A stretch of DNA of 53,965 nt from Polaribacter sp. (GTDB lineage Bacteria > Bacteroidota > Bacteroidia > Flavobacteriales > Flavobacteriaceae): assembly GCA_030758355.1 (NCBI GenBank), contig JANREL010000158.1:1-53965 (forward strand). Reading direction: 5' to 3'. The notes beneath the pieces are model-generated. The model was given only the letters and a program-made list of their open reading frames with translations. It had not been told where the DNA came from and did no database searches. Made by a program: the position numbers and the translations under genes. This document shows, in pieces, positions 9,386 to 19,620 of the stretch (positions are counted from its first letter, which is position 1; the number at the start of each line of letters is the position of its first letter).

Positions 9386-9939
9386 GAATTATATCAGGAA
9401 AACACAAAGGAAGACGTTTACAAGCTCCTAAAAACTTACCAGTTCGCCCAACAACAGATATGGCGAAAGAAGGTTTGTTCAATATTTTAAACAACCATTT
9501 TTATTTTGATGCGATTACAATAATTGATTTATTCGCTGGAACTGGAAATATCAGTTATGAATTTGCGTCAAGAGGAAGTAAAAACATAGTTGCAGTTGAC
9601 GAAAATTACAATTGCATAAAATACATCAATAGTATTTCTAAAGAGCTTAATTTTGACATCAACAGTTTTAAAAGTGATGTATACTCGTTTTTAGAAAAAA
9701 CCACTTTGCAAGCTGATATTATTTTTGCTGATCCACCATATCATTTTGAAATTGAAAAATTCCTACAAATTGTTAATCTAGTTTTTGAAAAAGAATTGAT
9801 TGCTGTTGATGGATTGTTAATTATAGAACATTCAAAAAACACGGACCTATCTCAACACAAAAACCATAGTTATGACAAAAGATATGGAGGAAATGTATTT
9901 AGTTTTTTTGAATATAAAAACGAAGAAGAATCTTTATAA
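9382..9939 (+). CDS. rsmD: 16S rRNA m2G966 methyltransferase
   Basis: MRIISGKHKGR, RPTTD, DLFAGTG, DPPY. Confidence 0.9.
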   Translation: MRIISGKHKGRRLQAPKNLPVRPTTDMAKEGLFNILNNHFYFDAITIIDLFAGTGNISYEFASRGSKNIVAVDENYNCIKYINSISKELNFDINSFKSDVYSFLEKTTLQADIIFADPPYHFEIEKFLQIVNLVFEKELIAVDGLLIIEHSKNTDLSQHKNHSYDKRYGGNVFSFFEYKNEEESL

Positions 9940-10887
9940 AAGTGAATTTATAATTTCTGAAACTGTAATTCCTTCAGCTTCTGCTTTGTAATTCTTAACA
10001 ATTCTGTGTGACAAAATCGGAATTGCAACAGCTTTTACATCCTCAATATCTGGAGAATACTTACCTCGAACTGCAGCATGCGCTTTCGCTGCTAAAACTA
10101 AATTTTGTGAAGCTCTTGGTCCTGCACCCCAATCCAAATAATTTTTGACCATTTCTGTAGCTTCAGCAGATTTAGGTCTTGTCTTTCCAACCAATCTTAC
10201 TGCATATTCAACAACGTTGTTAGTCACAGGAATTTTTCGAATTAATTGCTGAATTTCAATAATTTCTAGTCCTGAAAAAATAGGATTCAATTGTTGATTT
10301 TGATTGCTTGTTGTGTTGAAAACGACTGCCACTTCTTCTTGGAAAGAGGGGTATTCTAAATTAATAGAAAACATAAAACGGTCTAACTGTGCTTCTGGCA
10401 AAGGATAGGTACCTTCTTGTTCTATGGGATTTTGAGTTGCCAATACAAAAAAAGGCAACTCTAATTTGTAATGATTTCCTGAAACAGTTACTGAGCGCTC
10501 TTGCATTGCTTCCAACAAAGCTGCTTGCGTTTTAGGTGGCGTTCTATTGATTTCATCCGCTAGAATAATATTGGAAAAAACAGGCCCTTTTATGAATGTA
10601 AATTGCCTATTCTGGTCTAAAATTTCACTTCCTAAAATATCTGAAGGCATTAAATCAGGCGTGAATTGAATGCGTTTAAAATGCAATCCTAAAGCTTCAG
10701 AAACAGTATTCACCAAAAGTGTTTTTGCCAATCCAGGAACACCAATCAACAAGGAATGTCCTCCACAAAAAATTGACAAAAGCGTAAAGTTTACTGCATC
10801 TTTTTGTCCAATAATTACTTTTCCTATTTCCGTTTGTAATGATTGGTATTTTTTTACCAAATCATTTACAGCTTCCACGTCTGACAT
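9934..10887 (-). CDS. moxR: MoxR family AAA+ ATPase
   Basis: GVPGLAKT, RIQFTPDLMPSD, LADEINR, ATQNPIEQEGTYPLPEAQLDRF. Confidence 0.92.
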   Translation of the reverse strand: MSDVEAVNDLVKKYQSLQTEIGKVIIGQKDAVNFTLLSIFCGGHSLLIGVPGLAKTLLVNTVSEALGLHFKRIQFTPDLMPSDILGSEILDQNRQFTFIKGPVFSNIILADEINRTPPKTQAALLEAMQERSVTVSGNHYKLELPFFVLATQNPIEQEGTYPLPEAQLDRFMFSINLEYPSFQEEVAVVFNTTSNQNQQLNPIFSGLEIIEIQQLIRKIPVTNNVVEYAVRLVGKTRPKSAEATEMVKNYLDWGAGPRASQNLVLAAKAHAAVRGKYSPDIEDVKAVAIPILSHRIVKNYKAEAEGITVSEIINSLL

Positions 10888-12269
10888 TAGTTAGCAGTTT
10901 CTTTTTTCCAGTTTTTTTCAAACGTACATTTATTGTGAATTTCAGACAATTTAATATACGTGTCTTTTATTTTTTCTTTAGACCATTTGGTAATCACTTC
11001 TTCTTTCTTTTTCATCAAAGCCAATTCTTGAATTTTCACATAATCTTGGACCAAATCTGCAACATGAGTATCTGTTCTCTCTCTCATCAACATAAATTTG
11101 AACATTTTTATACCACTTTGATCTTGATCGAAAAATACATCTGTGTATTCTCCTTTTTTCAATTCAGCAACTCTTCCATACAAATCTGGATCCATTCTTG
11201 TCAAATCAAATTTTGATTCTCCATTGTATGGATTTGTAATCAATCCTCCATCATTTTTAGTATCATCGTCCTGAGAATATTGTTTTACAGCTTCTTCAAA
11301 AGTAATTTTACCATCCAAAATATCTTGTTTAACTTGATCAGCTTTGATTTTTGTATCTTTTATCAATTGATCTGAAACATTTGGTCGCATTAAAATGTGT
11401 GATGCAACACGTTTATTTCCTCTAATTTCATGCAATTGCATGATGTGATATCCAAAATCTGATTTGAAAGGTTTTGAGACCTGATCAATATCCAAACTAA
11501 ATGCTGTTTCTTTAAATTCTTTGATAAAAGGAGATTCTTTAGTTACTTCATATTCTCCTCCATTACTGGTAACACCTGGATCTTCAGAATTGATAATTGC
11601 TTTCATTTTAAAATTTGCTCCTTCTTCAATTTGAGTCTTTAGTTCATTCAGTTTTTCAATGATACGATCATCTTCTTCTTGTGAAGGAATTGCTTTAAAA
11701 ACAATTTGGGCAATTTCTACTTCTGCAGGAATTTCTGGCAATTCGCCTTTATCTTTTAGTCCGTTAAAATACAAACGAACTTCTTCAGGTGTTACATCAA
11801 CTTTTTCAGTAATTTTTGCTTGTTCTCTTTGGATAAGCAAATTGTCTTTTTCAACAGTGTAGATTTCAGCTTTTAAATCTTCAATACTATTAAAACCATA
11901 CGCTTTTATTACTTTGTCAACAGAACCAAATTCTTGAGTAAAGTAGGCTATATTCCTATCAACATTTGCTGTAATTTCAGCATCAGAAACCGTAACACTA
12001 TCCACAACCGCATGATGAGATAATAGCTTTTGTTGCATTAATTCTTCTAACATTTCACAGTCAGAAATTTTAATTTTCCCTTCCGATCTTTTTTCGATTT
12101 CTTGCTTGAACTTATCAATATCAGAATTTAGAACAATGTTTTTACCAATAACTACGGCAACTCCATCAATTTTTACTTTTTGAGCAAAACTTGTAAAACT
12201 GGCAAATACTAAGAAAAAGAGGAATATAATTAAATTAATACGTTTTAAAATTGTTGTTTTTTGTAGCAT
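10887..12269 (-). CDS. surA: SurA-like periplasmic chaperone / parvulin PPIase
   Basis: KIDGVAVVIG SurA N-domain and two parvulin domains (SEDPG, KSDFGYHI, YSQDD). Confidence 0.82.
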   Translation of the reverse strand: MLQKTTILKRINLIIFLFFLVFASFTSFAQKVKIDGVAVVIGKNIVLNSDIDKFKQEIEKRSEGKIKISDCEMLEELMQQKLLSHHAVVDSVTVSDAEITANVDRNIAYFTQEFGSVDKVIKAYGFNSIEDLKAEIYTVEKDNLLIQREQAKITEKVDVTPEEVRLYFNGLKDKGELPEIPAEVEIAQIVFKAIPSQEEDDRIIEKLNELKTQIEEGANFKMKAIINSEDPGVTSNGGEYEVTKESPFIKEFKETAFSLDIDQVSKPFKSDFGYHIMQLHEIRGNKRVASHILMRPNVSDQLIKDTKIKADQVKQDILDGKITFEEAVKQYSQDDDTKNDGGLITNPYNGESKFDLTRMDPDLYGRVAELKKGEYTDVFFDQDQSGIKMFKFMLMRERTDTHVADLVQDYVKIQELALMKKKEEVITKWSKEKIKDTYIKLSEIHNKCTFEKNWKKETAN

Positions 12270-13083
12270 CTTGTAATATTATTTTTTCTATGTCTTTAAT
12301 CAATTCTATTTTGCGTCTGTGCAAAATCATTTGTTTTATTTGCGGCTTTATGTAACTCAATGGTGCTGTCTCATTTCGAACCAAAACGTTATTAATGGAA
12401 ATCAAATATAAACCTATTGAATCTTGTTTTTCAAGATATTTGGTTTTATTTAACAAAATATCTCTCGAAAATGGCAAAATTGCAGAAACTTTATCAACTG
12501 AAGTCCAAATATCCGTATTAAATTGAAATTGTTTGAAGCTTAATTGTTGTTTTTGCAACGATTCTAAATCATCAATTCTTTCGGATCTAAAAAGCCGAAT
12601 CAATTCTTTTTTATTAACCACTTTATGATCAAAATGAAGGTATTTTATTTTGATTAAATCTTCATTCAACTTAAAATTCTCTTTGTTGATCTGATAAAAT
12701 TCATCAATTTCAGTTGAATAAATTATTGTATCCAATTGTTGGTTAATCAACATTTCTTTATAGTTATTAATCAACAAACTTTCTCGGTAATCATTGACTA
12801 ATTTATTTATTTCATTGGTAGTTTCTAAAGAACTATTTTTTTCTGCTTTTGATAATAAAAGTTGTTTTAAAGCCCAATTGTTAATGAAACTTCTTACCAA
12901 AAGTGTACTATCATTTTTAGTGTAATTTTCTGGTAAAATGGATTTGATATCGTCTCTAAACAATTTTTGAGTTTTTACGATCGCAACAATTCCCTCCTCT
13001 TCTTCCTCTTTACTGCGAAAATCAAAGTAATCGCAAGAAATAAAAAAAAGTGTTCCCAAAAATAAAAACAACAACTTTTTCAC
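12235..13083 (-). CDS. PPIase-associated lipoprotein
   Basis: GTG start, lipobox FISC; lies between two PPIase genes. Confidence 0.72.
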   Translation of the reverse strand: MKKLLFLFLGTLFFISCDYFDFRSKEEEEEGIVAIVKTQKLFRDDIKSILPENYTKNDSTLLVRSFINNWALKQLLLSKAEKNSSLETTNEINKLVNDYRESLLINNYKEMLINQQLDTIIYSTEIDEFYQINKENFKLNEDLIKIKYLHFDHKVVNKKELIRLFRSERIDDLESLQKQQLSFKQFQFNTDIWTSVDKVSAILPFSRDILLNKTKYLEKQDSIGLYLISINNVLVRNETAPLSYIKPQIKQMILHRRKIELIKDIEKIILQDATKNNNFKTY

Positions 13084-14717
13084 TATTTTTTATTATAAAA
13101 TTTGATTAAATTTTTTAACTGTTTGTTATAAATTGTGATGATAACATTCCTTCTCAATTCATCAATCCAAGTGTTTTCTAAGAAGTTTTGATAATCATTC
13201 ATTACTTCTCCTTTTACTTTGGTAAGATCATCAGAGCTGTATTTGTTGCTATTTTCATCAAAATACGTTTTCAAAGCCAAAGAATCTTTGGTTGTTTTTT
13301 CCCAAATAGTTTGTTGCATCAACTCAAATAACAACAATCCATCTTTATATTCTTGAAGTGTTGATGCAAATTCAGGTTCTAATTTTTCTAAATTTTCTTT
13401 GTAATAATTTAATATTTCTTCGTTTTTAAAATCTTCATACATTTCAAAAACAGCTTTTCCTTTTTTATTTTTGATAAAATTTATGAATTTTTCTTGAGAA
13501 ATAGTTCGTTCATTTATTTTTAAAATTTCTGTTTGAAGAGAATCTGTAGCTATGTTTCTGAAGTTTTTTAAATCAAAAATTGATTTTGCTGATTCGTTTT
13601 CAGTAATGGTATATTTCTTTTTCAACTTTTGAATAACTGCCATTTGAGACAGTTGAGCTCTTTCATCAGAACGAACTTTTTGAAGCAATTCTGGTTGTAA
13701 ATTTTCAAAAGAATCAATAGGATATTTTTTAATCAGATACACAATATGCCAACCAAATTGAGTTTTAAATGGCTTTGAATAAGTGTCTTCTTTTTCCAAA
13801 CCAAAAGCAGCATCTTCAAACGGTTTTACCATAACGCCTTTTCCGAATTTACGTAAAATACCCCCTTTAGATTTTGTGCCTTCATCATCAGAATATTCTC
13901 TTGCTAAGGTTTTAAATTGTTGATCTTTCTGAAGTTTGTCATACACTTCATTAATTAATCTCTCCCCTTTTTCGGTTTTATCAGTTATTAAAATATGAGC
14001 AACCTCAACTTCTCCTTTTGATTTTCTGATAGAATCAACTTTCAAAATATGATATCCAAAACGTGTTTTAAAAGGTGTTGAAACTTCGCCAACTTTAGTT
14101 TTATAAGCTGCATCTTCAAAAGGAAATACCATTCTGAATGCAGAAAAATAACCTAAATTACCTTTATTTCCTAATCTTCCATTTATAGAATCTCCTTTTG
14201 CTGAAGGATCTTCAGAAAACGCTACTGCAGTCTTTTCAAAATCTTCGCCTTTCAGAATTTTTTGGCGAATATGATTGATTTTATTAAAAGCCTCTAAAGT
14301 ATCTTTAGGAGTAGCAACTGATGGAGTTCTTACCAAAATATGTTTTGCTTTAACTTCGTTTTTGGTTCTAAAATAAGCATCTTTGACCATAGAATTTATA
14401 AACGCAGTATCCTGTAAATAAGGTAAAGAAAGTTGATTTCTGTATGTTTCAATTTCTTTTATATAAGAAGGTAAAGTGTCTAATTTCAAACGATATGCTT
14501 CTTTTACTTTCAAGCGATAATTGATATATAGTTCGATATTTTTTTTAATATCTTTTTCTTCTTCATTATCAATCGCGTCTAAATTTTTTTCATAAACACG
14601 TCTAAAATCAGAAACAAGTACTTTTTCATTTCCAATAGTCATTAAAACTTTGTCTTTTTTTTGTGAAAAAGTAATTGATGAAACACTCAATAATGCAATT
14701 AATAGCCTTTTTTTCAT
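13083..14717 (-). CDS. Parvulin-type peptidyl-prolyl isomerase with two rotamase domains
   Basis: KAKHILV, FSEDPSA, KTRFGYHI, VAHILI, KTQFGWHI; N-terminal signal peptide. Confidence 0.88.
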   Translation of the reverse strand: MKKRLLIALLSVSSITFSQKKDKVLMTIGNEKVLVSDFRRVYEKNLDAIDNEEEKDIKKNIELYINYRLKVKEAYRLKLDTLPSYIKEIETYRNQLSLPYLQDTAFINSMVKDAYFRTKNEVKAKHILVRTPSVATPKDTLEAFNKINHIRQKILKGEDFEKTAVAFSEDPSAKGDSINGRLGNKGNLGYFSAFRMVFPFEDAAYKTKVGEVSTPFKTRFGYHILKVDSIRKSKGEVEVAHILITDKTEKGERLINEVYDKLQKDQQFKTLAREYSDDEGTKSKGGILRKFGKGVMVKPFEDAAFGLEKEDTYSKPFKTQFGWHIVYLIKKYPIDSFENLQPELLQKVRSDERAQLSQMAVIQKLKKKYTITENESAKSIFDLKNFRNIATDSLQTEILKINERTISQEKFINFIKNKKGKAVFEMYEDFKNEEILNYYKENLEKLEPEFASTLQEYKDGLLLFELMQQTIWEKTTKDSLALKTYFDENSNKYSSDDLTKVKGEVMNDYQNFLENTWIDELRRNVIITIYNKQLKNLIKFYNKK

Positions 14718-14721
14718 AAAA

Positions 14722-15003
14722 TTATAGTGAAATTATACCTTTAATTTTTTCTGCTTTTTGATAATATGATATAATAGTGGTAGCATTTTCAACATTTAAC
14801 ACGATGGAAACACTGACATATTTTCCTGTTTTTGATTTTTTAGTATTTATTACAGCCCCATTATCATTAAACAAATTTTTGACATCATCTACTTGATTAT
14901 CAGTAGTTGGCACAATAAATTTAAACAAATAATCTGATGGAAATTGAGTAGTTTCCTCTAATTGCCATTGCAATTTTTTATAAAAAGCTTCTTTACCATC
15001 CAT
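14722..15003 (-). CDS. DUF493 family protein
   Basis: FPSDYLFKFI and SKTGKYVSVSI motifs. Confidence 0.82.
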   Translation of the reverse strand: MDGKEAFYKKLQWQLEETTQFPSDYLFKFIVPTTDNQVDDVKNLFNDNGAVINTKKSKTGKYVSVSIVLNVENATTIISYYQKAEKIKGIISL

Positions 15004-15134
15004 TTATTAACGAAATCTTTGTTTCAAATAGCAAAGCACAAAATTACATTAAAAACTTAGTTTTACAGTACTAATGGATTATTTTTGTGAATTCAAATAA
15101 AATCGACTTCAAAAGTAATTAAGACACTAAAAAA

Positions 15135-15686
15135 ATGCAAGAAAAACAACATAAAATTGTGTTAATTGGTGGGCCTGCAACCGGCAAAACAACTATTTTA
15201 AAAGCACTCAAAGAAAAAGGATTTCATTGCTTTGAAGAAGTCTCAAGAGAAATTACACTAAATGCTCAAAAAGACGGAATTGAACAACTTTTCTTGACAA
15301 ATCCACTACTTTTTAGTGAAATGCTCTTAGAAGGAAGAGAAAAACAATATCATGATGCTGAAAAATCATCAGAAAGTATTATTTTTTTTGACAGAGGAAT
15401 TCCTGATATAAAAGCGTATTTGGAGTTTTTCAACACAAGATATCCCTCATTTTTTTCGGAAAAATGCATTTCATACAAATATGACTTCATTTTTCACTTT
15501 TCTCCTTGGGAAACAATTTATAAAACTGATAATGAGCGTTATGAATCATTTGAAGAATCTGTTTTAATTGATAAATTTATTGTAAAAACATATACAGATT
15601 TAGGATATAAAATCATCAATATTCCTTTTGGAAAATTAGAAGAACGTGTTCAATTTATTGTTAATTATTTGAACAAGGAATCATGA
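15135..15686 (+). CDS. P-loop ATPase/kinase (NadR-like AAA_28 family)
   Basis: GGPATGKT, FFDRGIPD, DNERYE. Confidence 0.82.
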   Translation: MQEKQHKIVLIGGPATGKTTILKALKEKGFHCFEEVSREITLNAQKDGIEQLFLTNPLLFSEMLLEGREKQYHDAEKSSESIIFFDRGIPDIKAYLEFFNTRYPSFFSEKCISYKYDFIFHFSPWETIYKTDNERYESFEESVLIDKFIVKTYTDLGYKIINIPFGKLEERVQFIVNYLNKES

Positions 15687-17572
15687 CTGATGCAAAAAAA
15701 ATACTGAAAAAATATTGGAATTATGATGCATTTATTTCTCCGCAAGAAGAAATTGTAGAGGCTGTACTGCATCAAAATGATGTCATTGCATTATTGCCAA
15801 CTGGAGGGGGAAAATCGGTTTGTTTCCAAGTTCCTGCATTATTAAAAGAAGGAGTTTGCTTGGTAATTTCGCCATTGATTTCATTGATTCAAGATCAAGT
15901 TGAGAATTTAAAAAGTAGAGGAATTAGAGTAACTTCAATTCCATCAGGAGCCAATCAAAATGATATTTTAACCCTTTTTGACAATATCAAATTCGGAAAT
16001 TATAAATTTTTATACATTTCTCCTGAACGTTTGCAAATGCCTTTGATTCAGGAAAAAATAAAACAATTAACCGTCAGTTTTGTTGCGGTTGATGAAGCGC
16101 ATTGCATTTCAGAATGGGGACATGATTTTAGACCTTCATTTAGGAATATAAAAATATTAAGAGATCTTATACCAAATGTTCATTTTATAGCACTTACTGC
16201 CACTGCAAACCAGCGGGTATTATTGGATATTGAAAAAAGTTTAGAATTAAAAATCCCGAAAATATTCAAAAAAAGTTTTTTTAAAGAACATTTAGCTTAT
16301 CAAATTTTTTCAGTAGAAGATAAATTATTGAAACTTCAGCAAATTTTTGAAAAGACAAAAAAACCCGCAATTGTTTATGTAAACTCAAGAAATAAAACGC
16401 AACAAATAGCACAATTTTTAAGTTCCAAAAACTTTAAAACCAGTTTTTATCACGGAGGATTGACAGCTAGTGAAAAAGAATTGGCATTCGAAAATTGGAA
16501 GTCAGAAAAAACGCCAATCATGGTTGCAACAAATGCATTTGGAATGGGGATAGATAAAGAGAATGTTGGTGTCGTCATTCATTTTGACATTCCATACAGC
16601 ATCGAAAATTACATTCAAGAAGCTGGGAGAGCTGGAAGAAATAACCAAAAATCTTTTGCAGTTTTACTAAAAAATAACAATGATATTTCCAATCAAATTG
16701 AGCTCTCTAAAAAGTCACTTCCAAGCATTCAAGAGGTAAAAGAAATTCATAGAAAATTGTATCAATATTTTAGAATAGCCAATGGCGAAATTCCAGAAAA
16801 TTTATTGGGATTTAACCTCTTAGAATTCTCGAGAATTTATAATTTTTCAGTAGCAAAAGTGGATGCTGTTTTGCGTATTTTAGCAAATAATTCAATCATT
16901 GAAATCACAAATACTTACAATAAAAAATCGAGTGTTATTTTTCATGAAACTAGTAAAAACCTGCATTTTTACGCTATCAATAATATCTATATAAAAAACT
17001 TTATTAATTCATTACTAAGATCTTATAGTGGTTTATTTGAACAAGAAGTTAAAATAGATGAATACCATCTTGCAAAGAAAAACAACAGCACTTCAAACCA
17101 AATTATTAGCTATTTAGAGCAGTTACAAAAAGATGAAATCATCACTTACAACAGTGTTAAAACAGATTCAGAAATTCGGTTTTTAGTACCAAGAGAAGAT
17201 GACAAAACCATCAATCGATTTTCAAAAGAAATCACGCAATTCATCAAACAAAAAGAAAAAAAATCAACCGATTTTTTACACTTTATTCAAAATAATTCTA
17301 TTTGTAGAAGTATACAAATTTTAGTTTATTTTAATGAAAAATCAATCAAAAAATGTGGCATTTGTGACGTTTGTTTATCCGAAAAAAAGACGCTAAAAAA
17401 TGATATTGATTTAGAGATTTTAAACTTACTCCGACAAAAAGAAAAACTATCTTCTCAAGAAATTAACCAAATTTTAAACTTCCCTGAAAAAGACATTTTA
17501 GTACATTTACGTCGGTTAATTTCGGATAAAAAAATCAACATCAATCATCAAAATAAATATTACATAAACTAA
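15683..17572 (+). CDS. recQ: RecQ family DNA helicase
   Basis: LPTGGGKS, VDEAHCISEWGHDFRP, ATNAFGMGID, QEAGRAGR and Zn site CR...CGICDVC. Confidence 0.92.
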   Translation: MTDAKKILKKYWNYDAFISPQEEIVEAVLHQNDVIALLPTGGGKSVCFQVPALLKEGVCLVISPLISLIQDQVENLKSRGIRVTSIPSGANQNDILTLFDNIKFGNYKFLYISPERLQMPLIQEKIKQLTVSFVAVDEAHCISEWGHDFRPSFRNIKILRDLIPNVHFIALTATANQRVLLDIEKSLELKIPKIFKKSFFKEHLAYQIFSVEDKLLKLQQIFEKTKKPAIVYVNSRNKTQQIAQFLSSKNFKTSFYHGGLTASEKELAFENWKSEKTPIMVATNAFGMGIDKENVGVVIHFDIPYSIENYIQEAGRAGRNNQKSFAVLLKNNNDISNQIELSKKSLPSIQEVKEIHRKLYQYFRIANGEIPENLLGFNLLEFSRIYNFSVAKVDAVLRILANNSIIEITNTYNKKSSVIFHETSKNLHFYAINNIYIKNFINSLLRSYSGLFEQEVKIDEYHLAKKNNSTSNQIISYLEQLQKDEIITYNSVKTDSEIRFLVPREDDKTINRFSKEITQFIKQKEKKSTDFLHFIQNNSICRSIQILVYFNEKSIKKCGICDVCLSEKKTLKNDIDLEILNLLRQKEKLSSQEINQILNFPEKDILVHLRRLISDKKININHQNKYYIN

Positions 17573-17576
17573 AATC

Positions 17577-18521
17577 ATGAATAGATTGCGCATCGTTTTT
17601 ATGGGAACTCCATATTTTGCAACTTCAATTTTACAACACTTAATTGATAAAAATTTTGATGTGGTTGGAGTAGTAACTGCTGTGGACAAGCCTGCAGGAA
17701 GAGGATTAAAAATGAATGAATCCGCAGTTAAAATATATGCACAATCGCAAAACATTCCAATTTTACAACCAACAAATCTAAAGAACGAATCCTTTTTAAC
17801 ATCTTTAAAAAATTTCAACGCCGATATTCAAATTGTAGTTGCTTTTAGAATGTTGCCCAAAGAAGTTTGGAGCATGCCAAAAATGGGAACTTTCAATTTA
17901 CATGCTTCTTTACTGCCTGAATATAGAGGTGCAGCCCCTATTCATTGGGCAATCATCAATGGTGAGACAAAAACAGGTGTAACTACTTTTTTTATTGATG
18001 ATAAAATTGATACAGGTGAAATCATTTTAAAACGTGAAATTGAAATTTCTGGAAATGAAACAGTTGGAACATTACATGACAAATTGATGCATCTTGGCGC
18101 AAATTTAGTGGCAGAAACTGTGGAATCTATTACAAATCAATCTGTAAAAACAACAAAACAACCTGATAGCGAAGAAAAATTAGCTCCTAAATTAACTCCT
18201 GAAAACACGAAAATTGATTGGAGCGATACTTTAGAAAATATCTACAATAAGATTCGTGGATTGAATCCTTTTCCTGCCGCTTGGTCCATCATTCAAATGG
18301 ATAATCGAGAAATTTCATCAAAAATTTACGCTGTTAATAAAGAAAAAATAGCACATTCTTTGGATTTTGGTACCATTGTGTCCAATAAAAAGGAAATGAA
18401 AGTTGCTGTTCAAAATGGTTTTATACACATATTAGAAATAAAACTTTCTGGAAAGCGTCAAATGGATATAAAAAACTTGTTAAACGGATTCACTTTTTCA
18501 AAAGACGCCAAAATGTTGTAA
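17577..18521 (+). CDS. fmt: Methionyl-tRNA formyltransferase
   Basis: IVFMGTP, DKPAGRG, NLHASLLPEYRGAAPI. Confidence 0.95.
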   Translation: MNRLRIVFMGTPYFATSILQHLIDKNFDVVGVVTAVDKPAGRGLKMNESAVKIYAQSQNIPILQPTNLKNESFLTSLKNFNADIQIVVAFRMLPKEVWSMPKMGTFNLHASLLPEYRGAAPIHWAIINGETKTGVTTFFIDDKIDTGEIILKREIEISGNETVGTLHDKLMHLGANLVAETVESITNQSVKTTKQPDSEEKLAPKLTPENTKIDWSDTLENIYNKIRGLNPFPAAWSIIQMDNREISSKIYAVNKEKIAHSLDFGTIVSNKKEMKVAVQNGFIHILEIKLSGKRQMDIKNLLNGFTFSKDAKML

Positions 18522-18624
18522 CCCCTTTATTGATAAGCTTTTTATGATTTTTTTTAATTCCTAACTTGTTTATTAACATTTTAGGGCTATTTATTAACAA
18601 AAAGCCACTTTTTTGGGTGTCATA

Positions 18625-18655
18625 TTTGCGTAAACCCTTAATCCTTCTATATTTG
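18625..18655 (+). promoter_or_regulatory. Consensus Bacteroidetes promoter of the HU gene
   Basis: TTTG (18625-18628), 19-nt spacer, TATATTTG (18648-18655). Confidence 0.7.
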
Positions 18656-18708
18656 TTAAGCTTTTAAAAGCATAAAATAATATTCATTTAATTTAAAATT
18701 TATTTAAC

Positions 18709-18981
18709 ATGAACAAATCTGATTTAATCGATGCAATGGCTGCTGATGCAGGAATTTCTAAAGTTGCTGCTAAAGCTGCATTAGAGTCTTTTACAGACAA
18801 TGTTACTGCTACTTTAAAAGGTGGTGGAAAAGTTGCCTTAGTTGGTTTTGGAACTTTTTCAGTTTCAAAAAGAGCTGCTAGAAGCGGAAGAAATCCTCAA
18901 ACTGGAAAAACAATCCAAATCACTGCAAAAAATGTAGCAAAATTCAAAGCTGGTGCTGGTTTAAGCGACGCTGTAAACTAA
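18709..18981 (+). CDS. hup: DNA-binding protein HU
   Basis: [26 protein letters not shown]. Confidence 0.96.
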   Translation: MNKSDLIDAMAADAGISKVAAKAALESFTDNVTATLKGGGKVALVGFGTFSVSKRAARSGRNPQTGKTIQITAKNVAKFKAGAGLSDAVN

Positions 18982-19003
18982 TTTTTACATTTTTAAAAAT
19001 TAT

Positions 19004-19033
19004 AAAAACTCTCTTTTTAAGAGAGTTTTTTTT
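19004..19033 (+). terminator. Intrinsic terminator of HU
   Basis: aaaaactctctt-ttt-aagagagttttt followed by a T tract. Confidence 0.8.
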
Positions 19034-19062
19034 ATTTTATTTTCTTTTTTATAAATTTACGG

Positions 19063-19620
19063 ATGTCAGATTTTAAAAACCTAAAAGGGAAGTTGTTGAT
19101 TGCTGAACCTTCTATATTAAATGATCACTCATTTAATAGAACAATTATTTTAATTACTGAACATACAGAAAAAAATTCAGTAGGTTTTATTTTAAACAGA
19201 CCTTTAGCATATTTACTTAGTCATTTAATTCCTGAAATTTCAAAGGATTTCACCATTTATGAGGGAGGGCCTGTAGAACAGGATAACTTATATTTTATTC
19301 ACAAAGTAGGTGATTTAATTCCTGATAGTATCGAAATTGGCAATGGTATTTTTTGGGGAGGTAATTTCGAGTCGCTAAAGCATTCGATACAAAATGATTT
19401 GATTTCTAATAATGATATTCGCTTTTTCTTAGGATATTCGGGCTGGAGTAAAAATCAACTAAATCGCGAAATACGTTCAAAATCATGGTTCGTCTCAGAA
19501 AATAATCACGAAAATATCTTGTCTATAAATACCGAAACTATTTGGAGAGAAAAATTACTCCAAAAAGGGGGGAATTACAAACTCTGGGCAAATGCTCCTA
19601 GTGATATTCAGCAAAATTAA
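19063..19620 (+). CDS. YqgE/AlgH (DUF179) family protein
   Basis: GKLLIAEP, GFILNRP, GGPVE, FFLGYSGW. Confidence 0.9.
   Translation: MSDFKNLKGKLLIAEPSILNDHSFNRTIILITEHTEKNSVGFILNRPLAYLLSHLIPEISKDFTIYEGGPVEQDNLYFIHKVGDLIPDSIEIGNGIFWGGNFESLKHSIQNDLISNNDIRFFLGYSGWSKNQLNREIRSKSWFVSENNHENILSINTETIWREKLLQKGGNYKLWANAPSDIQQN

Noticed and set aside
12995-13015. KEEEEE after the lipobox as a lipoprotein surface-export signal or tandem repeat
   Set aside because: It lies further from the +1 Cys than the described signal, codons are mixed GAA/GAG, and operon context suggests a periplasmic role.
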